A stretch of 64,000 nucleotides of DNA from Octopus vulgaris (GCA_951406725.2 OX597837.1:37510001-37574000); one strand, 5' to 3'. Positions 1 to 14,167 are shown, counted from the first letter of the stretch. Notes: generated by a model not told the origin, from the letters alone. Translations and numbers: made by a program.

Positions 1-318
1 CTAAAACATCCTGAAAAGTCTCCCAAAAGTGAGACCCTATAGAAAAATATAAGTTCTTTCCTCCTCACACAGACACAACATGGGTTAGCACATGGCCACA
101 AATTGTTGGAGAATATATTTGGTTAAATCCGTCACAATACTTAAATAGCACTTTATTTTATTGATCCCATGAAAAACAAAATAAAAAAAAAGGGGGAAGG
201 GCCGACACCAATTCACCTCCATAATAAATAATAACAAGGCCATCGACCAGAAATTCGGGAAAGGAGTAAGGAAGAGCATACAACAGTTTGGTTTTCTACA
301 AAAAATTCTACAATATGG

Positions 319-718
319 GGATCTTTTCGGTTTGAACGGCAGTTTTTTCTAGCTGTGTCATATGAAATTGTCACCCATAATTATGACCCTAGTATCGATC
401 TATTGCATTTCAATCTCTTTTAGGGTTAGGGGTGGGGGGAAGGGTATCTTTTTTTCTTCACAAATGTAAATAAACCCAATCTGTTTCTTAAACGAGGGGC
501 ATATTCATACGGCACAGAATGCTTTTTAACTCAATAGACGTCACTGATTGGTTGAAATTGCAGAAATTGAAGAAAATATCTTACAAACTATAGAATTTTC
601 TCAAGAAAGCCAAGAGAAAAAGATGTTTTATAAACACATTCTACCAGTATACGAAGTTTAAAATTTTTTAGTTACCTAGAAATTATGTTAAAAACTGCCG
701 TTCAAACCGAAAAGATCC
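319..718. mobile_element. MITE with ~29-bp TIRs (GGATCTTTTCGGTTTGAACGGCAGTTTTT) and 8-bp TSD CAATATGG, Merlin-like
   Basis: TSD at 311-318 and 719-726; GG..CC termini; partial copy at ~32070-32216. Confidence 0.8.
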
Positions 719-1378
719 CAATATGGTAAACTGAAAATAGTTTGCAAATAAATTCTTCAGGAATTATAACTTGAAATGTTAGTCTTATAGTTAGACGTAT
801 TAAAAGATGAGCAAGAATCATTGTCAATAACAAAGAACTCTTTTCGTTACACCACCAAAAGCAATTGCCTTTGGGGCATACCTACAAGAATGTATGTGTA
901 CCCCCTCCACCAGAAGATTTATTTTGCGCGCGCGAGCGCATGTGTATATATATATTTGTGTGTGTGTGTGTGTGACGTGTGTCTAGTATTTAAGTGTGCG
1001 ATTCCAATATTTTGTCTTTCACATTAAATTCTGAAAAATATTTGTCTAAAATTTCATTTAAAAAAAAATATCCTCCGTTCTATTCTGAAAGTTATGAGTA
1101 AACAAAGTCATCACGTGTCAATTATCCAAAAGTTCTTTCACCACCACCACCACCACCCAACCCTTCACCTGCAAAAAGTATTTCACAGCAAATTCCAATA
1201 TAATCGTCATCTTCGCCATCCGAAAGAGAAAGTCGACTGGTGTTGAATTACCTAAAACTTTTTTCACTTCTCCACCTCCAAAATTTTTTTTTTTCATAAC
1301 AAATTCCAGTAAAAGTACAATCTCTAAAAATGATTTGTAGAAAATTTCAGAGATATGCCCTGTTATTTTCTCATTCAA

Positions 1379-1775
1379 TCTCTCTTATATATAAAGCTGA
1401 AGTTGTCTGTGTGTGTGTGGCAGGTTTGGTAGCCTTCAACTAACCCTATCTCCTCCGAGGCCCTGTGGCGCAAGCTGACCAAAATTGAGAGTATGATAGA
1501 AGAAGGCTTGTTCTTCCTTCCGTAGAAGAAAAAATTCAAATCGGACCATGTTAACACCAAAAATTATTAACATCAAAAAGGTGCTTTTTTTTCTATGAAA
1601 ATCCCTTTCTTTACGATTTTTTGACTGCTGTGTCGCCATTTTTCGGTGTATTTCAACCAGTAAAATGTTCACTTAAAGAGAATAACAAGCTACATAATGC
1701 AAAATTTTTACTTTTCAAAAATTCCAATTCTAAAGGGTCAAAACAAACCCGAGCAACGCCGGGCGATACTGCTAG
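1379..1775 (+). mobile_element. Non-autonomous Helitron-like element
   Basis: A|TC start, subterminal hairpin CCCGAGCAACGCCGGG, CTAG|T end; partial copy on - strand at ~21343-21709. Confidence 0.75.
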
Positions 1776-2918
1776 TATGTAATAAACGTAATCACTAAAT
1801 TAGATTGGCGAATCAAGGCAAACTCATGGAAGATAGTTCACGCGGTGGCGATGTCGCAAAGAAAGAAATATCTATAGGAAAGAATATATTCTCTAAGAAT
1901 AAAACACAGAAATTGGAACAAATATTTCAAGATATTGTACACGCAGTCATCTGACTGTTGCTGTGTTTTTTTAATATTTTTTTTTCTTCCTTTTCCATTC
2001 ATTTTGTTTTATTTTCAAATGTGGGAAAAACTGTTTTTTTTATAATCTTATATATGTTCAGGGCATTGAACTGCGGCGATACTGGAGCATCACTTTGTAA
2101 GGTTTTAGTCGGAACAAATCAACACCAGTACTTTTTTTTTTATTATTTTTCTTCGAAGCTAAATACTTATCGATCTTTTCTGCCGAACTGCTAAGTTACG
2201 GACACGTAAACACACCAACAATAGTTGTCAAGCGGTGACGGAGAACACACCCACACAACACACAATATATATATATATAATGAGGGGCTTCTTTCAGTTT
2301 CCGTCTACCGTATCAACTCACAAGGCTTTAATCGGCCCGTGGCTACAGTAAAAGACCCTTGTCCAATATGCCATGCAGTGAGACTGAACCCGCAACCATG
2401 TGGTTGGGAAACAAACTTCTTACCATACAGCCACGCCTAACGAAAAAGCGGCAAAAACAGTTACTTCAATCAACGTAGAAAGGTCGAAAAGTAAAGTCTA
2501 GTTCAGAAGAGATTTAAACTCAAAACATAATAAAGTCCCGTATCTAAGTACAACAAGGCATTTTCTTCCGATGTTCTAACGATTCTACCAATGAACCACC
2601 TTGAATGTTTCTGACTTAGACATGGGTCCCCTGGCAAAGCAAGGCACTAGGCCCTATAGTATTTACTTATTAACAGCAAACACATACGTAGTTCAGATAT
2701 GGGTTCTTAGACAGGTGAGGCCTCTCGGCAATTCTTCAGGGTAACCATGCTCTAAGACGGCACCACGTAGAGTCTACGCAGTGTTTCTCAAACATTTTTC
2801 ACCCACGAACCCCTTTCGTTCATATTTTACTCCCATTGCCCCACCTAGCCATTCGAGGTTTTATAAACATCATATATTTTTTATAATTAAACATAATTAT
2901 AAAATGTATTAAAAAGTT

Positions 2919-3030
2919 GACGGAGGTAAAGAATACGTACACCACCAGTTTTCGGCGTAACAAAAACCCTAACTTTAAGATCCTAACCCCTAACCCTAAC
3001 CACAGGGTGTACGTATTCTTTACTCTCGCC
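2919..3030. mobile_element. Small MITE with internal TAACCC repeats, nested in a hAT-like MITE (~2779-3724)
   Basis: TIR TAAAGAATACGTACACC / GGTGTACGTATTCTTTA; near-TSD AAAAAGTT/AAAATGTT. Confidence 0.55.
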
Positions 3031-3078
3031 AAAATGTTAATATTTTTTTTTCTGTATTATAGAAATATAACTGATTTT

Positions 3079-3710
3079 ATCGCAGATGAATTTTAACGGC
3101 AAAATCTTACATGGACCCCCTATCGCAGATGAATTTTAACGGCAAAATCTTACATAGACCCCCTATCGCAGATGAATTTTAACAGCAAAATCTTACATAG
3201 ACCCCCTATCGCAGATGAATTTTAACAGCAAAATCTTACATAGACCCCCCATCGCAGATGAATTTTAACAGCAAAATCTTACATGGACCCCCTATCGCAG
3301 ATGAATTTTAACAGCAAAATCTTACATGGACCCCCTATCGCAGATGAATTTTAACGGCAAAATCTTACATGGACCCCCCTATCACAGATGAATTTTAACG
3401 GCAAAATCTTACATAGACCCCCCTATCACAGATGAATTTTAACAGCAAAATCTTACATGGACCCCCTATCACAGATGAATTTTAACGGCAAAATCTTACA
3501 TGGACCCCCCTATCACAGATGAATTTTAACAGCAAAATCTTACATAGACCCCCTATCGCAGATGAATTTTAACGGCAAAATCTTACATGGACCCCCTATC
3601 GCAGATGAATTTTAACAGCAAAATCTTACATGGACCCCCTATCGCAGATGAATTTTAACAGCACCCCTATCGCAGATGAATTTTAACGGCAAAATCTTAC
3701 ATGGACCCCC
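3079..3710. repeat. Minisatellite, ~43-44-bp unit TATCGCAGATGAATTTTAACGGCAAAATCTTACATGGACCCCC, about 14 copies
   Basis: Head-to-tail repeats with no unique spacers. Confidence 0.95.
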
Positions 3711-3938
3711 GTCGAGAACCACAGGCGTAGACAGAAGGCTCCGCTCTAGGATGAAGAGTCAGTAAATTCGACTTCAACAATTAGCAAGTGCTTCATAACC
3801 TTTTTTTTTCTTCCCCTATAGGGGTGACAAATAAGCAGACATTAATAGGGACAAGTCACAAAAACAGTAGGGGGTTTATACAGAATTAAATATAATAAAA
3901 TAATTAAAAAACATCAGATTAAATAAAAGTAATAATAT

Positions 3939-4078
3939 TAGGTTGTCCCAAAAGTTCGTAAACACTTGCGAAAATTGAATTTTTACTCGCCAAGTACTAA
4001 CAAAAACAACAAAAATTATTCCTCAAAATAAAGACCATTATTTTCCAAGACTTTCTACGAACTTTTGGGACAACCTTA
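3939..4078. mobile_element. Mariner-like MITE
   Basis: TIR AGGTTGTCCCAAAAGTTCGTA / TACGAACTTTTGGGACAACCT flanked by TA. Confidence 0.65.
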
Positions 4079-4125
4079 TAATAATGATGATAATAATAAA
4101 AGTAATAATAATAATAATAATAATT

Positions 4126-4158
<33 letters not shown>

Positions 4159-4461
4159 ATAATAATAATAATAACAATAATAATAATAATAATAATAATT
4201 ATAGTAATAATAATAATAATAATAATAACAATAATAATAATAATAACAATAATAATAATAATAATAATAGTAATAATAATAATAATGATAATAATAATAG
4301 TAATAATAATAATAATAATAACAATAATAATAATAATAATAATAGTAATAATAATAATAATAATAACAATAATAATAATAATAATAATAGTAATAATAAT
4401 AATAATGATAATAATAATAATAGTAATAATAATAATAATGATAATAATAATAATAGTAATA

Positions 4462-4492
<31 letters not shown>

Positions 4493-4641
4493 TAGTAATA
4501 ATAATGATAATAATAATGATAATAATAATAATAGTAATAATAATGATAATAATAATGATAATAATAATAATAGTAATAATAATGATAATAATAATGATAA
4601 TAATAATAATAGTAATAATAATAATAATGATAATAATAATA

Positions 4642-4696
<55 letters not shown>

Positions 4697-4722
4697 TAAT
4701 AATAATAATAGTAATAATAATA
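4078..4722. repeat. Imperfect (AAT)n microsatellite, ~640 bp
   Basis: AAT repeats interspersed with AGT/AAC/GAT. Confidence 0.98.
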
Positions 4723-5299
4723 GTGGTGGTGAATTCTTACGTTAACATTGAAAAAGCCAGTAGTTTCTTTAGAAAGTTGTGATCATCGTATTTATGTATT
4801 TTGTCCTGTCCTTTATGGTTCCAAATGTGACGAAGTTGGATAATTAATGGGGAGTCGAGGTAATAAATGTGTCTCTTGTTTTAAAACTGCGTCAACTTTG
4901 AAAGTGAAAAAATGTCCAGAGGCGATTTAGAGAGAGGAGGAGGAGAGAGGATGAGGAGGAGGAGAGAGGAGGAGGAGGAGGAGATTTAGAGGAGAGAGGC
5001 TGTTGTTTGAGTGTTGATTGTCAGAAAAGTTTTTTTTTTTAGGTTTTTTTTTTGTTTTGAAGTGGTTTGAATTAGTTAATCGTGTGTGAAAGAGACGGGA
5101 GGAGGAGAGAGTGTGAGGCGAATGTTTGTGAGATGGTGGGAGGGAGAGAGAGAGAGGGGGACAGAGGGAGAGAGAAAGAGAGAGAGGGACAGAGGAAGAA
5201 AGAAAAAGAGAGAGAGGGGGAAACAGACAGATATAAAGAAAAAGAGAGCGACGGAAGTAGAGAGAGTGTCTGCTGTGACAAACCAGGGGAGAGTGTGTA

Positions 5300-5365
<66 letters not shown>

Positions 5366-6004
5366 TAGAGAGAGAGAGATAGATAGATAGAGAGAGAGAG
5401 ATAGATAGATAGAGAGAGAGAGAGAGGTATGTTGGTGCAAATAGGAGAAATAGATCTTAAAATATGAATTTGTGCATAACTTTTATTAATATGTAGCAAA
5501 AGTAACAGAGTGACTCAAGGTCCGAGAGTTTCGTGCGTTGACATATATACATATATATATACATATATATATAGAGAGAGACAGACAGACAGAGAGAGGG
5601 GGGGAGACAGAGAGAGACAGAGAGGCGGACCTATATATAAAAAGACAAACAGATATAGAGAAAGAGAGTAAGTGAATGCTGTGACGAGAGGGGAGAGGAA
5701 GAGAGAGAGAGAGAGAGAAAGAAAGAAAGAGAGAGTGATTGCTGTGACAAGGCGGAGATAGAGAAAGAGAGGGGAAAGACAGAGAGAGAGGAAGGGGGAC
5801 ACAATCAGTGACTGTTGTGACGGAGCGGGAGGGGAAGAGAGAGAGAAAGAGGAAGAGGGAGTAAGAGAAAGATAGAGGGACGGAGTGCTACAATCAGTGA
5901 CTGTTGTGTCGGAGCGGGAGGGAAAGAGAGAGAGAAAGAAGCACATAGAGAGGGAGAGAGAAAGAGAGAGGGAGGGGGTGCTATAATCAGTGACTGCTGC
6001 TGTA

Positions 6005-6055
6005 ACAGGGCGGCGGGAGAAGACACGAATGACGTCACCGAACGGAAGTAGATCG
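6005..6055. promoter_or_regulatory. Candidate promoter motifs (CRE and ETS)
   Basis: GGGCGGCGGG, TGACGTCA at 6030-6037 and CGGAAGT at 6043-6049 in a CpG-containing patch. Confidence 0.35.
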
Positions 6056-7556
6056 TTATATTTATTTTTATTTATTTGCGAAACTATATAAGTATTGATA
6101 TATTTTCATATTTTTAAAGCGGATGCGAAACTTTTTTTTAACTTCTCACGGAATGTCCAATCCTTTTCTCACTGTCATGCAACATAATTATCCTCCTAAC
6201 ATCCCCCCTCACACTCTCCTTACCTTTCCTTTATCAGGACCACCCACTCGGACTTTCTGGAAAATAAGTTTCCACAAACCATTTTTAAAATTACATTTTT
6301 TGGTTTTGAAAGAAAGGCGAAGTGGAGGTGAATATAGATTTTTTAGATTGTCATTTTCCCAAAGTTTCCTTGACACATCATCATCATCATCATCTGATCT
6401 GGTTCCCTATCAGGATAACCATCCAGTGTGTGGGGGGGGAAATTCCCTACTTTCCAGAGTTTTCCAAAGGTAAAAAGAGATGTCGGGGAAAAGATGTATT
6501 TGTTGGAACCAACTGAAACGAAAACGAAATCAATCTTCATCATCATCATCATCATCGTTTAACGTCCGTTTTCCATGCCAGCATGGGTTGGACGATTTTG
6601 ACTGAGGGCTGGCGAACCAGTTGGCTGCACCAGGCTCCAATCTTGATCTGGCAGAGTTTCTACAGCTGGATGCCCTTCCTAACGCCAACCACTCCGAGAG
6701 TGTAGTGGGCGCTTTTTACATGCCACCATGTAAATTTAAATAAACTTTAACATTTCCACTGGTGCAGCCAAACACAAAAGATCCAGTTTATGGCAAAAAT
6801 GAATTTTATGTCAATGATTACCATACCAAACTACATCAGTACACCAAATCTGAAATCAAATGGAACAAAATTTGAAGAAATTGAAAAGTGACAACCAAAC
6901 AGAAAAGATCCTATATGTGTGTGTATATATATATATATCATCATCATTTAATGTCCGTTTTCCATGCTAGCATGGGTTGGACGGTTTGAATGAGGACTGC
7001 TAACCAGATGGCTGCACCAGGCTCCAGTCATGATCTGGCAGAGTTTCTACAGCTGGATGCCCTTCCTAATGCCAACCACTCCGAGAGTGTAGTGGGTGCT
7101 TTTTACGTGCCATCTGCACAGGGGCCAGTCAGGCGGTACTGGCAATGACCTCACTCGAATCTTTTTACATGTGCCAGTGAAGCGACGTTGGTAACGATCA
7201 CGCTCGAATGGTGCCCTTTTACGTGCTATGGGTACGGAAGCCAGTTGACTGCTCTGGCAACGATCACGCTCGGATGGTGTTCTTGGCACCCTACTAGCAC
7301 ATATATATACATATATATATATATATATCATGGTCATCATCATCATCATCATCATTATCATCTGCCTTCCATGCTGGCATGGGTTGGACGAGTTGACAAG
7401 AGCTGGCCAGGCAGAAGACTGCATCAGACTTTTATGTCTCTATTGGCAAGGTTTTTACAGCTGGATGCCCTTCCTAACACCAACCACTCCGCAGAGTGGA
7501 CTGAGTGCTTTTTACATGGCATAAGCACAAGAAGTTAAAAGTTATGGCTGGTCATA

Positions 7557-7617
7557 GAGTGACCATTGGTTTCGCACCTATGAAGCACTTTCACAGTAAA
7601 GGTGACTCATCAGACTC
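7557..7617 (-). ncRNA. Type I hammerhead motif (left arm of fold-back)
   Basis: Minus strand reads GAGT CTGATGA GTCACC..GGTGC GAAA CC-AAT-GG TC ACTC: stem I, core, stem II, stem III and GUC site all present. Confidence 0.7.
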
Positions 7618-7639
7618 AAATGGCTGAAGGTGCCATTTT

Positions 7640-7699
7640 GAGTCTGATGAGTCACCTATACTACTAAGTGCTTTATAGGTGCGAAAGCAATGGTCACTC
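7640..7699 (+). ncRNA. Type I hammerhead motif (right arm of fold-back; one stem III mismatch)
   Basis: GAGT CTGATGA GTCACCTATA..TATAGGTGC GAAA GC-AAT-GG TC ACTC. Confidence 0.55.
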
Positions 7700-8250
7700 T
7701 ATGACTGGCCATAACTTTTTAACTTCCTTTTAATACATTACTGCTCTAAAGCTTTAGAGGGTTCTAATGCTTCACAATATAGGTTCTCAAAGTGGACACG
7801 ACTCCCCCACCCCACAGTGGGCATTGAAACGGTCCAGGTGGGCACTGGTGCCTAAGGGGGCAGGGAGGGCAGTAGAGAAAAAGAGGCATTGGGAGGAAGG
7901 CAGGGAATTGAAAAACACTATGAATTTATAATAATATCGTGATGGTTGCCAGAGCAACAAACTGGCTTCCGTGCCGGTGGCACATAAAAGGCACCATTCG
8001 AGCGTGATCGTTACCTGCGTCGCCTTACTGGCACATGTGCTGGTGGCACATGAAAACTGGCAGAATCATTAGCATGCCGGGCAATATGCTTAGAGGAATT
8101 TTATCTGCCACTATGTTCTGAGTTCAAATTCCACCGAGGTCGACTTTGCCTTTCATCCTTTCAGGATTTAAAATAAGTACCAGTTATACACTGGGGTCAA
8201 TGTAATCAAGTCGTCCCCACCTCCACAAGCTGCCCTTGTGACAAAGATTT

Positions 8251-8290
<40 letters not shown>

Positions 8291-8615
8291 ATGATCACGT
8301 GACCAACCAGTCTATCAGATGTTGCTACACATCGCTAGTCACAATGCGCTTCGCATTGTTTTAGCCTTCAAATGATGCCACCCCGCTGGCTAAGCGAGCA
8401 GGCCAACAGAAGAAAGATTGAGAGAAAATTACAGTGAAAAAGTACAACAGGGATTGCCACCACTCCCTGCTGGAGCCTCCTGGAACTTTAGGTGTTTCTG
8501 CTCAATAAACACTCACAACACCCAGTCTGGGAATTGAAACTGCGATCCTACGGCCACAAGTCCGCTACCCTAACCACTGGGCCATTGCACCTCCACACAC
8601 ACACATATATATATA

Positions 8616-8668
<53 letters not shown>

Positions 8669-8718
8669 ATATATGTATATGTATATATGTATATATATAT
8701 GTATATATATATGTACAC

Positions 8719-8749
<31 letters not shown>

Positions 8750-8752
8750 TAC

Positions 8753-8875
<123 letters not shown>

Positions 8876-9426
8876 TATATGAGGGAGTGTTGAAAAGTTC
8901 CTGGCTTTAAGGGTGTCGCAAGAAGGCCTGGTTGGATGCCCAACCTTCAGAGTTCTTTTATAGGGCTTAATAAAACTGAAGGACCAAAGAACCATTGCAA
9001 TAAGTGTGTGAATCTTAGAGGTGAACATGTTGAATAAAATCACAATTAAACTGATCCTCCTGTATTTTCTTTAACCCAAAGTCAGGAACCTAGAACCTAG
9101 ATGTGGTTGGTAAGCAATCTTTTTACGACACACCCATGCCTGTGCTTTGATGTTATTGGTCAGAAAAAAGAAGTTTTTTATGGGAAAATTTAATTTAGTG
9201 AACGAAGTAACACCTCGTTTCCCACCCTTCTAATTTGTGCTTTTATTTTCGGTGGTGGTGAGGTTGGTGGGGAAAATTCCAGCCCAGCTCCCAAATAAAG
9301 GCCTATCCTTTTTATGTTAACTTTCTGTTTGTGAAGTACTGACTTCAGCTACTCTTTATTTAATACTTTTGTGTGTGTGTGTGTGTATGTGTCTTTAATT
9401 GTTGGGAAGGACAAACACAGACACAG

Positions 9427-9486
<60 letters not shown>

Positions 9487-9584
9487 CCTCGGGCCGGCCA
9501 AAGACTTGTGAGTGGATTTGGTAGATGGAAACTGAAAGAAGCCTATCGTATATATGTATATATATATACTGAAAGAAGCCTGTC

Positions 9585-9623
<39 letters not shown>

Positions 9624-9786
9624 TACGACAGGCTTCTTTCAGTTTCCGTCTACCAGATTCACTCAGAAGGCTTTGGTCGGCCCGAGGCTATAGTAGAAGA
9701 CACTTGCCCAAGGTGTCACGCAGTGGGACTGAACCTGGAGCCATGTGGTTGATAAGCAAGCTACTTACCACACAGCCACTCCTGCA

Positions 9787-9867
<81 letters not shown>

Positions 9868-10447
9868 TTTATCTTTTATTTGTTTCTGTCATTCTTTTAT
9901 TTCATCATCGCCTCACCCCCACCCTGTTGTCATCATCACCAATGTCCTCCTCTTTGTCCTTGAGAGCAGTAGCAGCAGCAGTAGTAGCAGCAGTAGTAGC
10001 AGCATTATTGCTCTCGTCACTGTCATCGGTTTTGTTGGTGGTGCAATTTTTCGCCTTTGTGGTTTATTTGTTGGACTACCACTTCCTTTTGTATGTCCCA
10101 TGTATCCTGTTAGCCTGGTATTTGTATGAGTGCTTGATGAGGTAATCACCTGAATTTAATAGTACCCTCCCTATTGACTAGATATATATGTATGTCAGAG
10201 TGTGTGTGTGTGTGTGTGTGTGTGCACACGCATATGTATACTCTCTTTTACTTGTTTCAGTCATTTGACTGTGGCCATGCTGGAGCACCGCCTTTTGTCG
10301 AGCAAATCGATCCCAGGACTTATTCATTGTAAGCCTAGTACTTATTTTATCGGTCTCTTTTGCTGAACTGCTAAGTTACACGAATGAAAACAAACCAGCA
10401 TCGGTCGTCAAGCGATGTTGGGGGGACAAACATATACACACAAACAT

Positions 10448-10484
<37 letters not shown>

Positions 10485-10906
10485 CACATATATACGACGG
10501 GCGAGCTGGTAGAAACGTTAGCACGCCGGGCGAAATTCGTAGCCGTATTTCGTCTGTCGTTACGTTCCGAGTTCAAATTCCGCCGAGGTCGACTTTGCCT
10601 TTCATCCTTTCGGGGTCGATAACTTAAGTACCAGTTACGCACTGGGGTCAATGTAGTCGACTTAATCCCTTTGTCTGTCCTTGTTTGTCCCCTCTGTGTT
10701 TAGCCCCTTGTGGGTAGTAAAGAAATATATATACGACGGGCTTCTTTCAGTTTCCGTCTACCAAATCAACTCACAAGGCTTTGGTTGGCCCAAGGCTATA
10801 GCAGAAGACTCTTGCCCAAGGTGCCATGCAGTGGGACTGAACCTGGAACCCTGTGGTTCGTAAGCAAGTTACTTACCACACAGCCACTCCTGCGCCTATA
10901 TATCTA

Positions 10907-10939
<33 letters not shown>

Positions 10940-12383
10940 TTTATCTTTTACTTGTTTCTGTCATTTGACTACAGCCATGATGGGGAATAGCTTTGAAGGG
11001 TTTTAGTTGAACAAATTGACCCTAAGACTTATTCTTTGTAAGCCTAGTACTTATTCTACCAGTTTTTTGGCCAAACTACTAAGTTACGGGGATGTAAACA
11101 CACCACCACTGACTGTCAAGTGGGTGTGGAGGACAAACACACACACACCACACACACAACGGGCTTCTTTCAGTTTCCGTCTACCAAATCCATTCTCAAG
11201 GTTTTGGTTGACCTGAAGCTATAGTAGAAGACACTTGCCCAAGGTCCCACATGGTGGGATTGAACCCAGGACCATGTGATTGAGAAGCAAGCTTCTTATC
11301 ACACAGCCACAACTGCGCCTTCACCTATGTGTGTGTTTATGTCTGTGTTTGTTCACCACCACTGCTTGCCAACCAGTGTTGGTGTGTTTATGTCCCTGTA
11401 ACTTAACAGTTCGGCAAATGAAACCAATAGAATAAGTACCAGGCTTAACAAAAAAATAAATTTTCCAGGGGTGTATCGTATGAGCATTCAGGCACAGTTC
11501 GTGTTGAGGCTAACCACATCAAGTTTTAAGGGTTACCTAAGATTACTTAACCCTTTAACAAATACCCTACACAATGTACAACACAAATAATGAGGAGCCC
11601 CCCCCCCCCATGTATATAAGTAAACAAGAAGCCTTCAATATGCACACTACATTCAAAATCAAAAATAACACATACATCCATTAAAACGAGCAAAGAGCCT
11701 TACAAAAACAACAATCTTAGTTCAGATAGTGACTGGGGTGAAGATGAGGTCAATAGCACAGACCTATAAATAACAACCCCACCTCCTACAGAACACAAAC
11801 TATCAAAAATTCACTTCAATCAGTTCACCTCAAGGATAACCAAATGGATGGATCCTGATGAAGTTACACCGACAATGTTTCCAGGTTGCATTTGCAGCAG
11901 TGAGCAGTTGCTGCAGCGGAAACATAAGTAGGACATTATAATATGCTCTTTTTACTCTTTTACTTGTTTCAGTCATTTGACTGCGGCCATGCTGCAGCAC
12001 CGCCTTTAATCGAGCAACTCGACCCCGGGACTTATTCTTTTGTAAGCCCAGTACTTATTCTATCGGTCTCCTTTGCCGAACCGCTAAGTAACGGGGACAT
12101 AAACACACTAGCATCGGTCGTCAAGCAATGCTAGGGGGACAAATACAGGCACACAAACACACACATATATATACATATATACGACGGGCTTCTTTCAGTT
12201 TCCATCTACCAAATCCACTCACAAGGCTTTGGTCGGCCCGAGGCTATAGTAGAAGACACTTGCCCAAGGTGCCACTCAGTGGGACTGAACCCGGAACCAT
12301 GTGGTTGGTAAACATGCTACTTACCACACAGCCACTCCTGCACCTATGTATATAACTATAAAATAAAATTTTGTGGTTGTACA

Positions 12384-13882
12384 GTAGGGTAACGAGTTTT
12401 TGAAAGTAAATGATTTCCTGTATCAAAAGTCAACAAACAATTTCATATAAGAAGGGGAAAATAACCCTTATTTTAAGATTTTTTTAAAAAAAGGTCATCC
12501 TCAACTGAAGAAATCTAACATCACTTTTGACCCAAAGCATGCAAAATTCTAGGGGGTTCATAATGCCTACTCAAGTTTTTACCAGACTTGGTGTGCCGAC
12601 TTAATGCAATGCAGAAGCAGTATATCTCAAATTTCAGCTTTCAAGTTTAAGTAGTTTAGGAGTTATAGAGTTTTTAATTTGCTACCACTTAGGCCCTACT
12701 TTAGGAAATATCCTTTTCCTCTCCTTTTTTATTTCTGTGATGTTAAAAACTCTGACTATATTAACTGTCTTTCAGAATAGCAGGCTTATCCAACAAGAGT
12801 ATCTAAAATAATGTCTCGTAAGAGAAGTGCTTGTCACTCAAAGAAACAAAAAAATCTGGACGAAGAATCTCGTGCAATTTCCAGAATCACATAGGAAAAG
12901 AAGCCCGTTCCTCTAGGAGAGCATTCGTTGGAAAACAGTTGCAGGATACCAATGAATCTTCAAATTGTTGGTTGCTACCTGTTCCTTTGAGGTACCATCA
13001 AAGAAAGAACAAAGGAAAATTCGAAAGAAGTAACTTTTTATGGCAAAAGGAATTAAATTTCCCATATTTATCAATTCAAAATGTACAACCAAAAGTAGAA
13101 AAAGTGCTGAATACCTGCGATAAATGTGTAAAACGAGGAAAATACAATTCATTGACAGGAATTTTTGACATCACAAAGGAAAACGGTGAATGGCTGTGCA
13201 GTGAGGATAGAAGGTTGTATTATCTTCAAACTGAAAGCAAGGGACAGGCTGGATATGCAACTGGAAAGGCAGCCAGTTCCAAAACTATCCATCCATCCAT
13301 AAGAAGAAAAGTGTCCTTAATGCCAACTTCATCAGAACGACTTCAGTGTCATTGTCAACGTCTGAAGCAGAGACTGAAAGAGAATATCAAGAGTCCGAAA
13401 AATCAGGTGAAGAATCCACACAAACAAGGAGGAAGTATAGCAAAACTGGAACTGCAACCAAGTTAGTAATATCTTCCAAGCCATCAACCCCAAAAGCAGC
13501 AATAGTTTGTCAAAAATTATCTCAAGATGGAATCGCTGTTGAGACTCCTTGACTATCAAAGAAGCTGTTAAACTAAGAAAGAAAATGAAGAAAAACACTA
13601 CATTTAGAAAACTGGTCATTGCTTTTTGATGGTGAATGTATTGATGACCAAGAATACCAAGTGATAGTTTTAAAGAATGAACAGGGAGAAGTTAAGTTAG
13701 AAGCACTCTAATTACCAAAGGGAAAAACCGATACTGTTGCGAAAGGAATAACAGATGTTTTATATGAATACAATTTATGGAACTGTGTAAAGATGATTGT
13801 CGCTGATACAACGAGTGTGAACACTGGGAAGAGAAATGGCATTGTCGTTCAGTTGCAAAGACTGTTTGCTCAAAGGATTTGA
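12384..13882 (+). pseudogene. Decayed DDE transposase (hAT-superfamily-like, possibly hATm)
   Basis: Fragments LWQKELNFPYLSIQNVQPKVEK and LLFDG...VKMIVADTTSVNTGKRNGIVVQLQ across stops and frameshifts; TAGGG-type left end near 12384. Confidence 0.55.
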
Positions 13883-13902
13883 ATGTGTGTGTGTATATAT
13901 AT

Positions 13903-14167
13903 AAAATTATATCAAGGGAGCAAGGGCTAAAACAGCCTGTCTCCAGCATGCCTGAAGTGCCGATACCTTCAAAAAACTATCAAAAACTCCAGATAAATAT
14001 ACACATGGCTGAAAGTGGGCTAGTGAGAGAAAATTAAAGTGAAGTCTTTTTTAATTTCCTGTTTTCAACCATGTGTATATTTATCTGGAGGTTTTGGTAG
14101 TTTTTGTAAGATATTGGTACTTCAGGCATGCTGGAGACAGGTCGTTTTCGCCCTTGCTCCCTTGATA

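Noticed and set aside
3079-3710. CRISPR-like periodicity (also 37495-37942 and 41051-41418)
   Set aside because: Head-to-tail units without unique spacers, no cas genes, eukaryotic context
4065-4782. 226-aa poly-Asn and 232-aa poly-Ile ORFs
   Set aside because: Translations of an (AAT)n microsatellite; no splice context or protein features
9913-10149. Minus-strand exon-like block with poly-Leu
   Set aside because: No recognisable homology; the hydrophobic run comes from a CTA/CTG repeat; other frames contain stops
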